Part shown: positions 27,450 through 36,819 of the stretch, one piece after another | Layout of the letters: each line of letters begins with the position of its first letter | How positions within the stretch are numbered: position 1 is the first letter of the stretch | Source: an uncultured Lachnospiraceae bacterium | GTDB taxonomy: Bacteria > Bacillota > Clostridia > Lachnospirales > Lachnospiraceae | Assembly: GCA_946624935.1 (NCBI GenBank) | Contig: CAMOSN010000002.1 | Span: 30,786 to 94,785, forward strand | Direction of reading: 5' to 3' | DNA length: 64,000 bases | Program-made: the position numbers and the translations under genes | The notes under the pieces: generated by a model | The model's database searches: none | Seen by the model: only the letters and a program-made list of their open reading frames with translations | What the model was told of the DNA's origin: nothing

Positions 27450-28874
27450 ATGATACAATTTGGCACTGGCGGCTGGCGGGCGATTATCGGTGACGAATAT
27501 ACGAAAGCAAATTTAAGACTCCTGGCGGCTGCCTTGGCAGAAAAGATGGTTGCAGAACATGCGACGGAGCATGGAATCGTGATCGGATACGACCGTCGAT
27601 TCCTGTCCAAGGAATCCATGCAGTGGATGGCTGAGGTGTTTGCCGCACAAAACATTAAAGCGTATCTGATCAATAAGTCCTGCCCGACTCCGTTGGCGAT
27701 GTTCTACAGCAAGGAACATGATATGCCGTATGGAATGATGGTAACTGCCAGTCACAACCCTGCTATATATAATGGTGTAAAGCTATTCACAAAAGGGGGC
27801 CGGGATGCTGATATTACTGTGACCCAGGATATTGAACGTATTGCTGCACGTATTGAGGCATCAGGAGAGCTAATCAAGTCGATTCCGTACATCGATGCCA
27901 GAGAGCAGGGACTGATTGAAGAGATCTATCCGATCGATGATTATATTGACAGTATTCTGAATGAGGTCAATACGAAAGCAATTCGGGGGGCGAGATTGAA
28001 GGTCGTTCTGGATCCGATGTATGGTGTGAGCGAAACAGCAATCAAGACGATCCTGATTACCGCCCGCTGTGAAGTGGAAACGATTCATGGGCGTCATGAT
28101 ACCCTTTTCGGAGGGCATCTGCCGGCACCCAGCGAGGAATGGATGCGGGAACTGATGACGACTGTGATAGAAGGAAACTATGACATCGGGATCGCAACGG
28201 ACGGAGACGCCGACCGCATCGGTGTAATCGATAATAATGGAAGATATTTATCTCCGAATGATCTCCTGGTTGTGCTTTACTATTACCTGGTAGAGTACAA
28301 ACACAAACACGGACCGGCTGTCCGAAATCTGTGCACCACGCATAAACTGGATCGCCTGGCAGAGATGTTCGGGGAAAAATGTTATGAAGTACCGGTTGGT
28401 TTTAAACACATTTCCTCAAAGATGCTGGAAACAAATGCATTGTTGGGCGGCGAATCCTCAGGCGGTCTGGCGGTCAGGGGGCACATTCACGGGAAAGACG
28501 GTGTCTATGTGGCGGCGCTTCTTGTAGAAATGCTGGCGGTGACCGGGAAAAAAATGTCCGAGATATTTGATGAAATTGCAGCGAAAGTCGGAAAAACGGC
28601 TTTTGTTGAGAACAATTATCGGTTCCGCCCGGAGGATCGGGAACGTTTTCTTCAAATGATTATGGAAGAAAAACAGGTACCAGAGCTACCGTTTCGAATT
28701 GAGAAGATTAGCTATATGGACGGATGTAAGGTTTTTTTTGAGAACGGGGGCTGGGTATCCATACGGTTCTCGGGAACAGAACCACTGCTCCGGGTCTTCT
28801 GTGAGATGCCTGAAAAAGAAATGGCAGATCAGGTCTGTGTACTCTATCAGGCGTTTCTCGGTTTAAAGGATTAA
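27450..28874 (+). CDS. alpha-D-phosphohexomutase family protein (phosphogluco/manno/acetylglucosamine mutase-like)
   Basis: Active-site loop TASHNPAIYNGVKLF, metal loop ATDGDADR and sugar loop GGESSGG. 474 aa. Confidence 0.85.
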   Translation: MIQFGTGGWRAIIGDEYTKANLRLLAAALAEKMVAEHATEHGIVIGYDRRFLSKESMQWMAEVFAAQNIKAYLINKSCPTPLAMFYSKEHDMPYGMMVTASHNPAIYNGVKLFTKGGRDADITVTQDIERIAARIEASGELIKSIPYIDAREQGLIEEIYPIDDYIDSILNEVNTKAIRGARLKVVLDPMYGVSETAIKTILITARCEVETIHGRHDTLFGGHLPAPSEEWMRELMTTVIEGNYDIGIATDGDADRIGVIDNNGRYLSPNDLLVVLYYYLVEYKHKHGPAVRNLCTTHKLDRLAEMFGEKCYEVPVGFKHISSKMLETNALLGGESSGGLAVRGHIHGKDGVYVAALLVEMLAVTGKKMSEIFDEIAAKVGKTAFVENNYRFRPEDRERFLQMIMEEKQVPELPFRIEKISYMDGCKVFFENGGWVSIRFSGTEPLLRVFCEMPEKEMADQVCVLYQAFLGLKD

Positions 28875-28879
28875 TTAAT

Positions 28880-29947
28880 ATGGAAGATATCACAAAGGAG
28901 TTGTTATATACTGCTGCCAGTGCATTTTCATTCGATGGACAGTGCATCGGACTATCGCAGAATACGGAAGGACATATCAACGATACAACGATCCTGACCT
29001 ATTGTGATCAGGAACAGGAAAAGCGTTATGTTCTGCAGCGGATCAATACAGGGATTCTGTACAATCCGGAAGAGCTGATGGATAATATCGTCAGGGTCAC
29101 CGCCTTTCTGAAGGAGAAGATCGCTGCTTCCGGAGGAGATCCGCAGCGCGAAACATTGACAGTGATCCCGACCAAAGACGGGAAGAATTGTTTCGCGGAT
29201 GAACAGGGAAATTACTGGAGAGCATACAATTATATAGAAAACACCATTTGCTATGATAAGCCGGACAAACCGGTATATTTTTACCGGAGCGCACTCGCCT
29301 TTGGACGATTTCAGAATCTGCTGGCGGACTTTCCTGTCGAAACGCTGCATGAAACGATCATCGGTTTTCATGATACCGGAAAGCGATTCGTACAGTTTCA
29401 ACAGGCTGTTTCGGACGATCTTGCCGGTCGAAAACATCTGGTGGAGCAGGAGATCGAGTTTTTGTTGAAGCGGGAAGCATATACGAAAAGCTTTGATGAT
29501 CGTACAGATCTTCCTGCCAGAGTTACACATAATGATACCAAGCTGAGCAATGTTCTGTTTGATCGGGAGAGTGGTGATGCGCTCTGCGTAATCGATCTGG
29601 ATACCGTGATGCCCGGGCTTTCGCTTCATGATTTCGGGGATGCGATCCGTTTCGGCGCCTGCAGCGCTGCTGAAGATGAACCGGACTTGAAGAAGGTATC
29701 TTTTGACAAAAAAATGTATGATCTCTATCGCCAGGGATATCTTGAAGCTTGTCAGGAGCAGCTTACAAAAAGAGAGATCGAACTGCTTCCGATGGGAGCA
29801 AAGGTGATTACCTATGAGCAGGCTCTGCGGTTCCTTGCAGATTATCTGAACGGGGATATCTACTATCGGACGCAGCGGCCGGAGCAGAACCTCGACCGGA
29901 CGAGAACACAATTGAAGCTGCTTGCAGATATGGAAAGAATGATCTGA
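28880..29947 (+). CDS. nahK: N-acetylhexosamine 1-kinase-like (NahK/LnpB family, APH fold)
   Basis: GHINDTT, YVLQRINTGI, WRAYNYIE, HETIIGFHDT, VTHNDTKLSNVLFD, VIDLDTVMPG, DFGDAIRFGA and RFLADYLNGDIYY run collinear with my recollection of Bifidobacterium longum NahK. 355 aa. Confidence 0.8.
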   Translation: MEDITKELLYTAASAFSFDGQCIGLSQNTEGHINDTTILTYCDQEQEKRYVLQRINTGILYNPEELMDNIVRVTAFLKEKIAASGGDPQRETLTVIPTKDGKNCFADEQGNYWRAYNYIENTICYDKPDKPVYFYRSALAFGRFQNLLADFPVETLHETIIGFHDTGKRFVQFQQAVSDDLAGRKHLVEQEIEFLLKREAYTKSFDDRTDLPARVTHNDTKLSNVLFDRESGDALCVIDLDTVMPGLSLHDFGDAIRFGACSAAEDEPDLKKVSFDKKMYDLYRQGYLEACQEQLTKREIELLPMGAKVITYEQALRFLADYLNGDIYYRTQRPEQNLDRTRTQLKLLADMERMI

Positions 29948-30013
29948 TCGTGCATCACGTCAGCATTCACAACAGGCTGACGAAAATAATATTTTTTAAA
30001 GAGGAGGGATAAC

Positions 30014-31318
30014 ATGAAAAAAAGGGTAATGGCAGTATTGATGACATCAGCAATGGTGCTCGGCTTATCCGGCTATGCAGCTGCTGAAGAAGCGGTTACA
30101 TTAAAGCTGGCAACATCTTTGTATGTTGAGTCAAATCATCAGGCGGTATTTGACAAACTCCTGGAAGCTTATAACGCACAGAATCCAAATGTAAAGGTCG
30201 AAATATACGGTGAAGGCTACGATGGATTCTGGGATGGCATCACCACGGAAATCGCCTCCGGTACAGAGGGTGATATTCTGCAGATCACTCCGTCCGAACT
30301 GAATTCGTATTATGCGCTGCGCGAGGGTGGTGCATTCGAAACGCTGGACGATTACATTGCGGCGTCCGAGATCGTATCTGAGGATGGCCAGGTCGGTCAG
30401 AATGAGTGTGTGATCGACGGACATAATGTGGCACTTTCCAACTATTCCTATGGCAGTGCGGCGATCTTCTATCGGAAATCCATTCTGGAAGAGTGCGGAA
30501 TTGATCCGGCTGCTATCGCCAATACGGATGATTTTGTAGAGGCACTTCGTGCTGCAGTGGATAAAGGGTATACCGGCATGGGCATTGTAGTCGGGTCTCA
30601 CACCTTTACCTGGTCCGAGTGGGGAAGATTCTTTGTGCGTGCAGTAAGCGGTATCTTCTTCCAGGATGAGGCCGGCCCGTATTCTGCTGACACTATCAAC
30701 TGCAATGCACAGGAAGTGGTTGATATGGCAAAATGGTGGCAGAGCCTGATTTCTGATGGTCTGGTCGTAAGCGGAACGGATAAGTCGGATGCCCGCCAGA
30801 TTTTCTGGAACGGCGAAGCCGCATTCTGCATGGATGGCCCGTGGTTTATCGGCATGACGCAGGATGCAGGAGAGGAAGTCTGGAATGATACAGGAGTTAT
30901 CTCTCTTCCGATGGTATCATATAATGGCGAAGAGTACACCCCGGCTCCGGTTAACTATCCGTATATCATGACCATCAGTTCCAATTGCGAGCATAAGGAT
31001 GAGGCATGGCAGTTCATTGAGTGGATGGCCTCTGAAGAAGCTCAGAAGATCATTGGCGAATGCGGTATGATTCCGAGTGTAAAATCCTACTCTGAAAGTG
31101 ATGAGTATATGAGTGCTTATCCGATGCAGGCGGATATGCTTCAGTATTCCAACAACTATGTACTGACCCCGAATCCGACAACACCCGCATTCTCCGAGCT
31201 GGAGTCGATTATGAACGAAGCCTGTCAGTCCATGTTTGGCGAAGACCTTGCGGATCCTCAGGAGACCCTGGACGAAGCAGCAGAAGAGATGAAGAGTGTG
31301 ATGGAGGAATGGGAGTAA
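30014..31318 (+). CDS. ABC sugar transporter substrate-binding protein
   Basis: Signal peptide MKKRVMAVLMTSAMVLGLSGYAAA and family-1 SBP size and composition. Confidence 0.85.
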   Translation: MKKRVMAVLMTSAMVLGLSGYAAAEEAVTLKLATSLYVESNHQAVFDKLLEAYNAQNPNVKVEIYGEGYDGFWDGITTEIASGTEGDILQITPSELNSYYALREGGAFETLDDYIAASEIVSEDGQVGQNECVIDGHNVALSNYSYGSAAIFYRKSILEECGIDPAAIANTDDFVEALRAAVDKGYTGMGIVVGSHTFTWSEWGRFFVRAVSGIFFQDEAGPYSADTINCNAQEVVDMAKWWQSLISDGLVVSGTDKSDARQIFWNGEAAFCMDGPWFIGMTQDAGEEVWNDTGVISLPMVSYNGEEYTPAPVNYPYIMTISSNCEHKDEAWQFIEWMASEEAQKIIGECGMIPSVKSYSESDEYMSAYPMQADMLQYSNNYVLTPNPTTPAFSELESIMNEACQSMFGEDLADPQETLDEAAEEMKSVMEEWE

Positions 31319-31382
31319 TCTTGCGTTATCATCTATAATGCATTACGTCTTCATATAATTATGATTGACAGATCATAGGGAA

Positions 31383-31414
31383 GGAGGCCGGAACCATAAC
31401 CGGTTTCGGCCTCC
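31383..31414 (+). other. 13-bp intercistronic stem-loop without U-tract (likely mRNA stabiliser or processing site)
   Basis: ggaggccggaacc / ggtttcggcctcc with one G-U pair, located between the SBP and permease genes. Confidence 0.4.
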
Positions 31415-31437
31415 AAAAGCGTGAAGGAGCTGGTCCC

Positions 31438-32340
31438 GTGAGAGACAGAAAGAAAACAAAACTCGGAAGAAATAAATACGGATATATATTCGGATGGCCT
31501 TTGATCCTGGTAATGCTTGCATTACTGATTTATCCGATTGTCAGGATTTCAGTAATGAGCTTTCAAAATTGGTACCTTCTTCGTCCTGCTAAGAACGGCG
31601 TATTTATCGGTCTGGATAATTTCAGAAAACTGTTCCACGATAAGTATTTTATCGCTTCTGTAAAGAAAACGTTAATCTATATTGTAATTACAGTGCCATT
31701 TCGCTATGTGCTGGGATATGCTACTGCAATTATGTTAAATCGAAAATTTGTCGGCAGAACCATTGCGAGGGGAATCATTGTAATCCCTTGGGCAGTACCG
31801 GAAGTCGTGACCTGTCTGATCTGGATGCTGATGATGCAGAAGGATTATGGGATCATTAATACAGAGCTGATCCGCTTTGGCCTGATTTCATCCGGAATTG
31901 GGTGGTTGACCAGTAACAAAGTGGCAATGACCTCTGCCGTTATTGTAAATATCTGGAAAGGTTTTCCTTTCGTTGCGGTAATGCTTCTTGCAGGGCTGCA
32001 GAGCGTTCCGCAGGATCTTTATGAGGCTGCCATGGTGGATGGCGCATCCGACTGGAAGCAGTTCTGGCACATAACGATTCCGCAGCTGAGACCGATTTCA
32101 GCGGTTGTATTCATGCTTCTGATCGTCTGGACGATACGTGATTATGGAATTGTGTATGTTCTGACAGGAGGCGGTCCAAGTCGGGCAACGGAGATCCTTA
32201 CCATCTACATGTATAAGGAGGCATTTAACGATTTCAATTATGGGATCGCAGCTGCCTGTGGGTTCCTTATGATGATCGTAGTCCTGATCTTTGTTGTCTT
32301 TTATCTTAAAGCGCAAAAACAGGAGGGCATGGAATTATGA
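31438..32340 (+). CDS. carbohydrate ABC transporter permease
   Basis: EAA loop LYEAAMVDGASDWKQFWHITIPQL and a multi-TM profile. GTG start is tentative. Confidence 0.85.
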   Translation: MRDRKKTKLGRNKYGYIFGWPLILVMLALLIYPIVRISVMSFQNWYLLRPAKNGVFIGLDNFRKLFHDKYFIASVKKTLIYIVITVPFRYVLGYATAIMLNRKFVGRTIARGIIVIPWAVPEVVTCLIWMLMMQKDYGIINTELIRFGLISSGIGWLTSNKVAMTSAVIVNIWKGFPFVAVMLLAGLQSVPQDLYEAAMVDGASDWKQFWHITIPQLRPISAVVFMLLIVWTIRDYGIVYVLTGGGPSRATEILTIYMYKEAFNDFNYGIAAACGFLMMIVVLIFVVFYLKAQKQEGMEL

Positions 32341-33182
32341 GGGCTAAAAAGCGCAGAAAGGATATCATTACCTACATCTGCATAACCATTATCTGCCTGT
32401 TCTGCCTGCTCCCGGTCGTCTGGATGGTATCCTGCTCATTCCGTCCTACTGGAGAAATATACAGTAAGGGTGTAACGTTGCTGCCGAAAAGTTTTACGTT
32501 GGAAGGGTATATTAAGCTTTTCACAGAAAAATCTTCAACCGTTGATTTCTGGGCATGGGTAAAGAACAGCCTGATCGTCGCATCTGCTTCCTGTATTTTT
32601 GGGTTGTTGGTAGCGTGTTTTGGCGGATATTCACTGTCCAAGTTTCGCTACCCAGGGAGAATGTCGATTGCTTATACAATCGTTGTCGCTCAGGTTATTC
32701 CGGGGACACTGCTGTTGATCCCTATGTATATTCTGATGAGCAGGCTGCAGATGGTGGACACATTTGTCGGATTAACGGTCCTGAATATTTCGTTTTCGGT
32801 TCCGTATTGTACCTGGATGATGAAGGGATACTACGACGGGATACCATTTTCCCTGAGTGAATCAGGCGCAGTTGACGGTGCAAGCCAGTGGCAGATATTC
32901 TACCGTATCGTGATGCCTCTTGCCAGGCCTGGGATTGCAGTAACAGCGTTTTTTTCATTTGTAAACTCCTGGAATGAGTATCTGTTTGCCAGTGTACTGA
33001 TGAAATCGTATCAGTTATGGACGCTGCCGGTAGGTCTTTCCAGTTTTAAGGGACAGTACACTGTTGACTATACGACTATGATGGCGGGAGGATCGTTCAT
33101 TACGATCCCGATCATTATTTTATTCCTGCTTCTGCAGAAGCATCTTGTTTCCGGAATGACAGCCGGAGCAGTAAAGTCATAA
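32337..33182 (+). CDS. carbohydrate ABC transporter permease
   Basis: EAA loop LSESGAVDGASQWQIFYRIVMPL. 4-nt overlap with the upstream permease. Confidence 0.9.
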   Translation: MRAKKRRKDIITYICITIICLFCLLPVVWMVSCSFRPTGEIYSKGVTLLPKSFTLEGYIKLFTEKSSTVDFWAWVKNSLIVASASCIFGLLVACFGGYSLSKFRYPGRMSIAYTIVVAQVIPGTLLLIPMYILMSRLQMVDTFVGLTVLNISFSVPYCTWMMKGYYDGIPFSLSESGAVDGASQWQIFYRIVMPLARPGIAVTAFFSFVNSWNEYLFASVLMKSYQLWTLPVGLSSFKGQYTVDYTTMMAGGSFITIPIIILFLLLQKHLVSGMTAGAVKS

Positions 33183-33299
33183 TGCTCTGTACAACCGGGA
33201 ATCAGAATTACCAGGCATCAGCAACCGTCCTCGTATACGAATAGACGATTGTATGAGAATAATAACATCAGAATTCTAAACCTAAGGAGGAAATGAAGA

Positions 33300-34322
33300 A
33301 TGTATCGTATTGGTATCGTAGGTGCCGGCATCAGAGGGAAAATGTATGCGCAGACGATCGAACAGGATCAGTATGCCGAGCTAGTTGCCATCAGTGATAC
33401 CTATCAGCCGACGCTTGCTCAGGCGCTGGAGCTGATCAATGATGAAAAGGTAAAAGGATTCACGGATTACAAGGAAATGATCGATACCTGCAATCTGGAT
33501 GGTATCATTGTTGCTGTACCGGATTTCCTGCATCACGACCCTGTCATTTATGCTGCGGAGCATAAGGTGAATATCCTTTGCGAGAAGCCATTCTCTACAG
33601 ATGTAAAGGAATGTGAGGAGATGCTCGCAGCAGTAGAGAAAAACAATGTGATCTGTATGGTCGCATTTGAGAATCGCTGGAACGAACCGATGGTGGCGAT
33701 GAAAAATTACATAAACAGCGGAGCACTCGGAGATATCATCAACGTAAATGCACGCCTGAATGATAAGATCCTGGTTCCGACGGATATGCTGAAATGGTCC
33801 AAGGGATCGAGCGTTGGCTGGTTCCTGTTCCCGCATCTGCTAGATCTGATTATGTGGTATAATGGAGGCAAGAAGGTAAAACAGGTTTATGCAGTCGGAA
33901 CAAAGAAGGTTCTTACAAAGATGGGGCTGGATATCTATGATTCCATGCAGGCGACCGTAACCTTCGAGGATGACACGAATGCGACATTGACTTCCAGCTG
34001 GGTGCTTCCGAACAGCATGGCCCTCACCTATGATCTCAAGATGGAAATTATTGGCGAAAAATCCACCGCCTATATCAACACACATGATCAGTGTGTCCGC
34101 ACCTACAGCGATCATGTCGAAAACCTGCACTCGATTGGAACACCGATTGACGGGATGCTGATCGGAAATTCGAATTTTATGACTCATCACTTTATTAATG
34201 TACTCAGAGGTGCAGTAAAATTGGAAGCTACTGCACAGAAAGGTGTCTACAATACAAAAGTAATTGCTGCGATTCATGAATCTGCTGCTGCAGGAGGAAA
34301 AGTGATTCGCATTGAGGAGTAA
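33300..34322 (+). CDS. Gfo/Idh/MocA-family NAD(P)-dependent oxidoreductase
   Basis: N-terminal Rossmann motif MYRIGIVGAGIRGKMY and an EKP motif (LCEKPFS). Confidence 0.85.
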   Translation: MYRIGIVGAGIRGKMYAQTIEQDQYAELVAISDTYQPTLAQALELINDEKVKGFTDYKEMIDTCNLDGIIVAVPDFLHHDPVIYAAEHKVNILCEKPFSTDVKECEEMLAAVEKNNVICMVAFENRWNEPMVAMKNYINSGALGDIINVNARLNDKILVPTDMLKWSKGSSVGWFLFPHLLDLIMWYNGGKKVKQVYAVGTKKVLTKMGLDIYDSMQATVTFEDDTNATLTSSWVLPNSMALTYDLKMEIIGEKSTAYINTHDQCVRTYSDHVENLHSIGTPIDGMLIGNSNFMTHHFINVLRGAVKLEATAQKGVYNTKVIAAIHESAAAGGKVIRIEE

Positions 34323-34363
34323 ATCTTCTTGATTTTATGAAACCGAAAGAATGAAAGTAAATA

Positions 34364-34399
34364 CGGCCCAGCACTGGCCAGTGCCGGGCTACGTTTTTT
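34364..34399 (+). terminator. rho-independent terminator after the oxidoreductase gene
   Basis: GC-rich hairpin (ggcccagcac..gtgccgggct, one mismatch) followed by TTTTTT at 34394-34399. Confidence 0.5.
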
Positions 34400-34459
34400 C
34401 TCTGTTATTATATATGTCATAAATGATTACCAATGGTGAGTTTATTTGAGAATGAGGTT

Positions 34460-35137
34460 ATGATGATAAGATCAATGGATAAGGAAAAGAGAAGATATCA
34501 GATTTCAACGGTATCTGGGGCATCTACTTTAAACAGGCTCTGGAGTAGGGATCTGGAAAAGAAAGCCGGCTACCCATCTTTTCAGATCCAACATTGGCGA
34601 GAAGAGGGAGCAGTAGGTCCAGAGACACACGGACGGGTTCTGTATATACCGAACTACGGGCTGGATGTCGCAATGTGGTGCTACGAAGAAAATCCGAGAG
34701 CCTTGTATCATAACCCAAATGATTTTGTTCATACAGACAGCTGTATGGAAGCATTTATCAATGTATTTCCACAGACGCCGTCGTATGGATATATCAGTGT
34801 GGAGATGAACCATAATGGTGCATCCCACTGCTCCTTTGGGACCGGTCGTTTTACCAGACAGTTTATTCTGCAAAGAGGCCTTGCGCATCCGGAGGTACAG
34901 GTTACCGATTTTGAAGAAGAAGGGCAAAGAGCATGGAGTGTGCATGTACTGATCAAAAAGGCTCTGCTGGAAGCTCTTTATGAACGCCCGCTCTGTCTGG
35001 AAGCAGGGCATGTGATGAAGGCAAATTTCTATAAGTGTGGTGATCATACAGACCAACCGCACTGGGGCAGCTGGTCAAAGGTGGAAAAACTGGATTTTCA
35101 TACTCCGGAAACATTTGGAGAATTGGAAATCGTCTGA
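34460..35137 (+). CDS. CBM9-like/DOMON-like carbohydrate-binding family protein (cytoplasmic, uncharacterised)
   Basis: About 225 aa with no signal peptide. The C-terminal WGSWSKVEKLDFHTPETFGELEI resembles the conserved end of CBM9_2-type proteins. Assignment is from memory of that family only. Confidence 0.4.
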   Translation: MMIRSMDKEKRRYQISTVSGASTLNRLWSRDLEKKAGYPSFQIQHWREEGAVGPETHGRVLYIPNYGLDVAMWCYEENPRALYHNPNDFVHTDSCMEAFINVFPQTPSYGYISVEMNHNGASHCSFGTGRFTRQFILQRGLAHPEVQVTDFEEEGQRAWSVHVLIKKALLEALYERPLCLEAGHVMKANFYKCGDHTDQPHWGSWSKVEKLDFHTPETFGELEIV

Positions 35138-35164
35138 TTAAATTCCGGAAGAGGATATCCATTT

Positions 35165-36184
35165 ATGAGAATTACGGATGCACATATTCATTATGACAGG
35201 AGTCTGGGGGAGAAGCGTGTTTTAAGCGCACTTGCATATGAGAATGCCGATCGGGCTGCCTTTTTATGTATCCCAAAAGGGACTGACAGCCGGATGGACT
35301 GCGTGATTGATGATGCACTCCAGTTTGCCGGGGAGGCCAGCCGATCAGGGATCACAATTGATGTGTTTGGCGGAATCGACCGTACGATCTATCAGAATGC
35401 CGGCTCAACGGAAAAGATGGCGGAAGAACTGCATGACCAGTTCTGCCGGCTGATCGATCGCGGCTGTGTTGGCATCAAAATGCTCGAAGGAAAACCAAAT
35501 ATCCGAAAGATGTGTCCGATCCCGGATTTTGACAGCAAAGCATGGGCGGATTACTGGAGGGAGGCTGAAAAACGACAGGTTCCGATCATTATGCATGTAA
35601 ATGATCCTGAATCCTTTTGGGATGCCACCAAAGTGGACGCTTTTGCAAGATCGGCAGGATGGTTTTATGATGCTTCATATGTGAATAACGAAGATCAGTA
35701 TGCGCAGATAGGGCGGGTTCTTGCAAAATACCCGAGGCTGCGGATTTTATTTCCACATTTCTACTTCATGTCGCTTCAGCTGGAGCGTCTCTCAGATATT
35801 TTTGAGCGTTATCCAAATGTATATACGGATGTAACACCCGGGACGGAGCTTATTTTGAATCTCGGCAGCAGGAAAATGCACGAGGCCGCGGTCTCCTTCT
35901 TTACCAGATATCAGGATCGGATCCTCTATGGGACAGACATCGGTGGGCGCCAGGTGATCCGGGAAAACGCTGTTTTGCTTTCCATCGAAGAAAGTCATGC
36001 CAGGGCAGATCTGGTTCGAACGTTTCTGGAAACACAGGAGGATTATCTGCAACGGGACGATGGCGCATATTTTACCGGGCGCGGAGATGTAAAGCTTATC
36101 GGACTGGGGCTTTCGAAGGACATCCTGGAAAAAATCTACCGAAAGAATTATGAGCGGTTTGTAAATCGCTGCCTCGATGCATAG
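35165..36184 (+). CDS. amidohydrolase-family metal-dependent hydrolase (TIM barrel)
   Basis: N-terminal ITDAHIHYD (HxH metal motif), later MHVND and YGTDIGG. Confidence 0.7.
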   Translation: MRITDAHIHYDRSLGEKRVLSALAYENADRAAFLCIPKGTDSRMDCVIDDALQFAGEASRSGITIDVFGGIDRTIYQNAGSTEKMAEELHDQFCRLIDRGCVGIKMLEGKPNIRKMCPIPDFDSKAWADYWREAEKRQVPIIMHVNDPESFWDATKVDAFARSAGWFYDASYVNNEDQYAQIGRVLAKYPRLRILFPHFYFMSLQLERLSDIFERYPNVYTDVTPGTELILNLGSRKMHEAAVSFFTRYQDRILYGTDIGGRQVIRENAVLLSIEESHARADLVRTFLETQEDYLQRDDGAYFTGRGDVKLIGLGLSKDILEKIYRKNYERFVNRCLDA

Positions 36185-36669
36185 ATCCTTTTTACTGTAA
36201 GGGTTGTCAGGACGATACTGATTACATCCGTGATTCCGGTGAAGACATCAAGAATCAGGATATCGTAACTGAGCCAGATGGCCAGATTGATGAAGTTATT
36301 GATCTTGACGGGAATCTCTCCCCTCATGTAATAACTGCATATGGAATACTGGACAGTTGCCAGAATTGAGAGATATCCGACAAATCCGCTTGTGTTGGTC
36401 ATCAGTCCAAAGACAAGTGCAAGAACACTGAAAAGAAAACAAAAAGCCGGTTTATATTTTCCGGTTGCCACCAGAACATTACGCAATGCATTGATCAGCA
36501 TCATAATAATACTGGGATATACCCCGAAAAAATAAGAGGCAGCAGCATATACCAGACATTGGCCAACCTGATACCAGTATGTGCGGTCCGGATCTTTCGT
36601 CCAGGAGGAGGCAAAGGTAAAGCATGCTGAGATCAGTGAAAGGATGGTTGCAATCATGTAATTGGTCAT
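36148..36669 (-). CDS. small multi-TM membrane protein (YgjV-like)
   Basis: 173 aa with about 6 hydrophobic segments. Its 3' end overlaps the convergent amidohydrolase gene by 37 bp. Confidence 0.5.
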   Translation of the reverse strand: MTNYMIATILSLISACFTFASSWTKDPDRTYWYQVGQCLVYAAASYFFGVYPSIIMMLINALRNVLVATGKYKPAFCFLFSVLALVFGLMTNTSGFVGYLSILATVQYSICSYYMRGEIPVKINNFINLAIWLSYDILILDVFTGITDVISIVLTTLTVKRIYASRQRFTNRS

Positions 36670-36819
36670 CTGGAGGATCCTCCTGGCGTCACATATAAAT
36701 CTTAATTGTGAACTGCTTCATTATAACAGAAAACAAGGCAGGAGGACATGATGACATCATAAAATAACTTTTACATTGGCGGGCGGAAGAAGATTGGAAA
36801 AATATCAGGAGGAAAGTAT

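Noticed and set aside
28952-29911. 319-aa minus-strand ORF
   Set aside because: It is antisense to the NahK-like gene, which has end-to-end family similarity.
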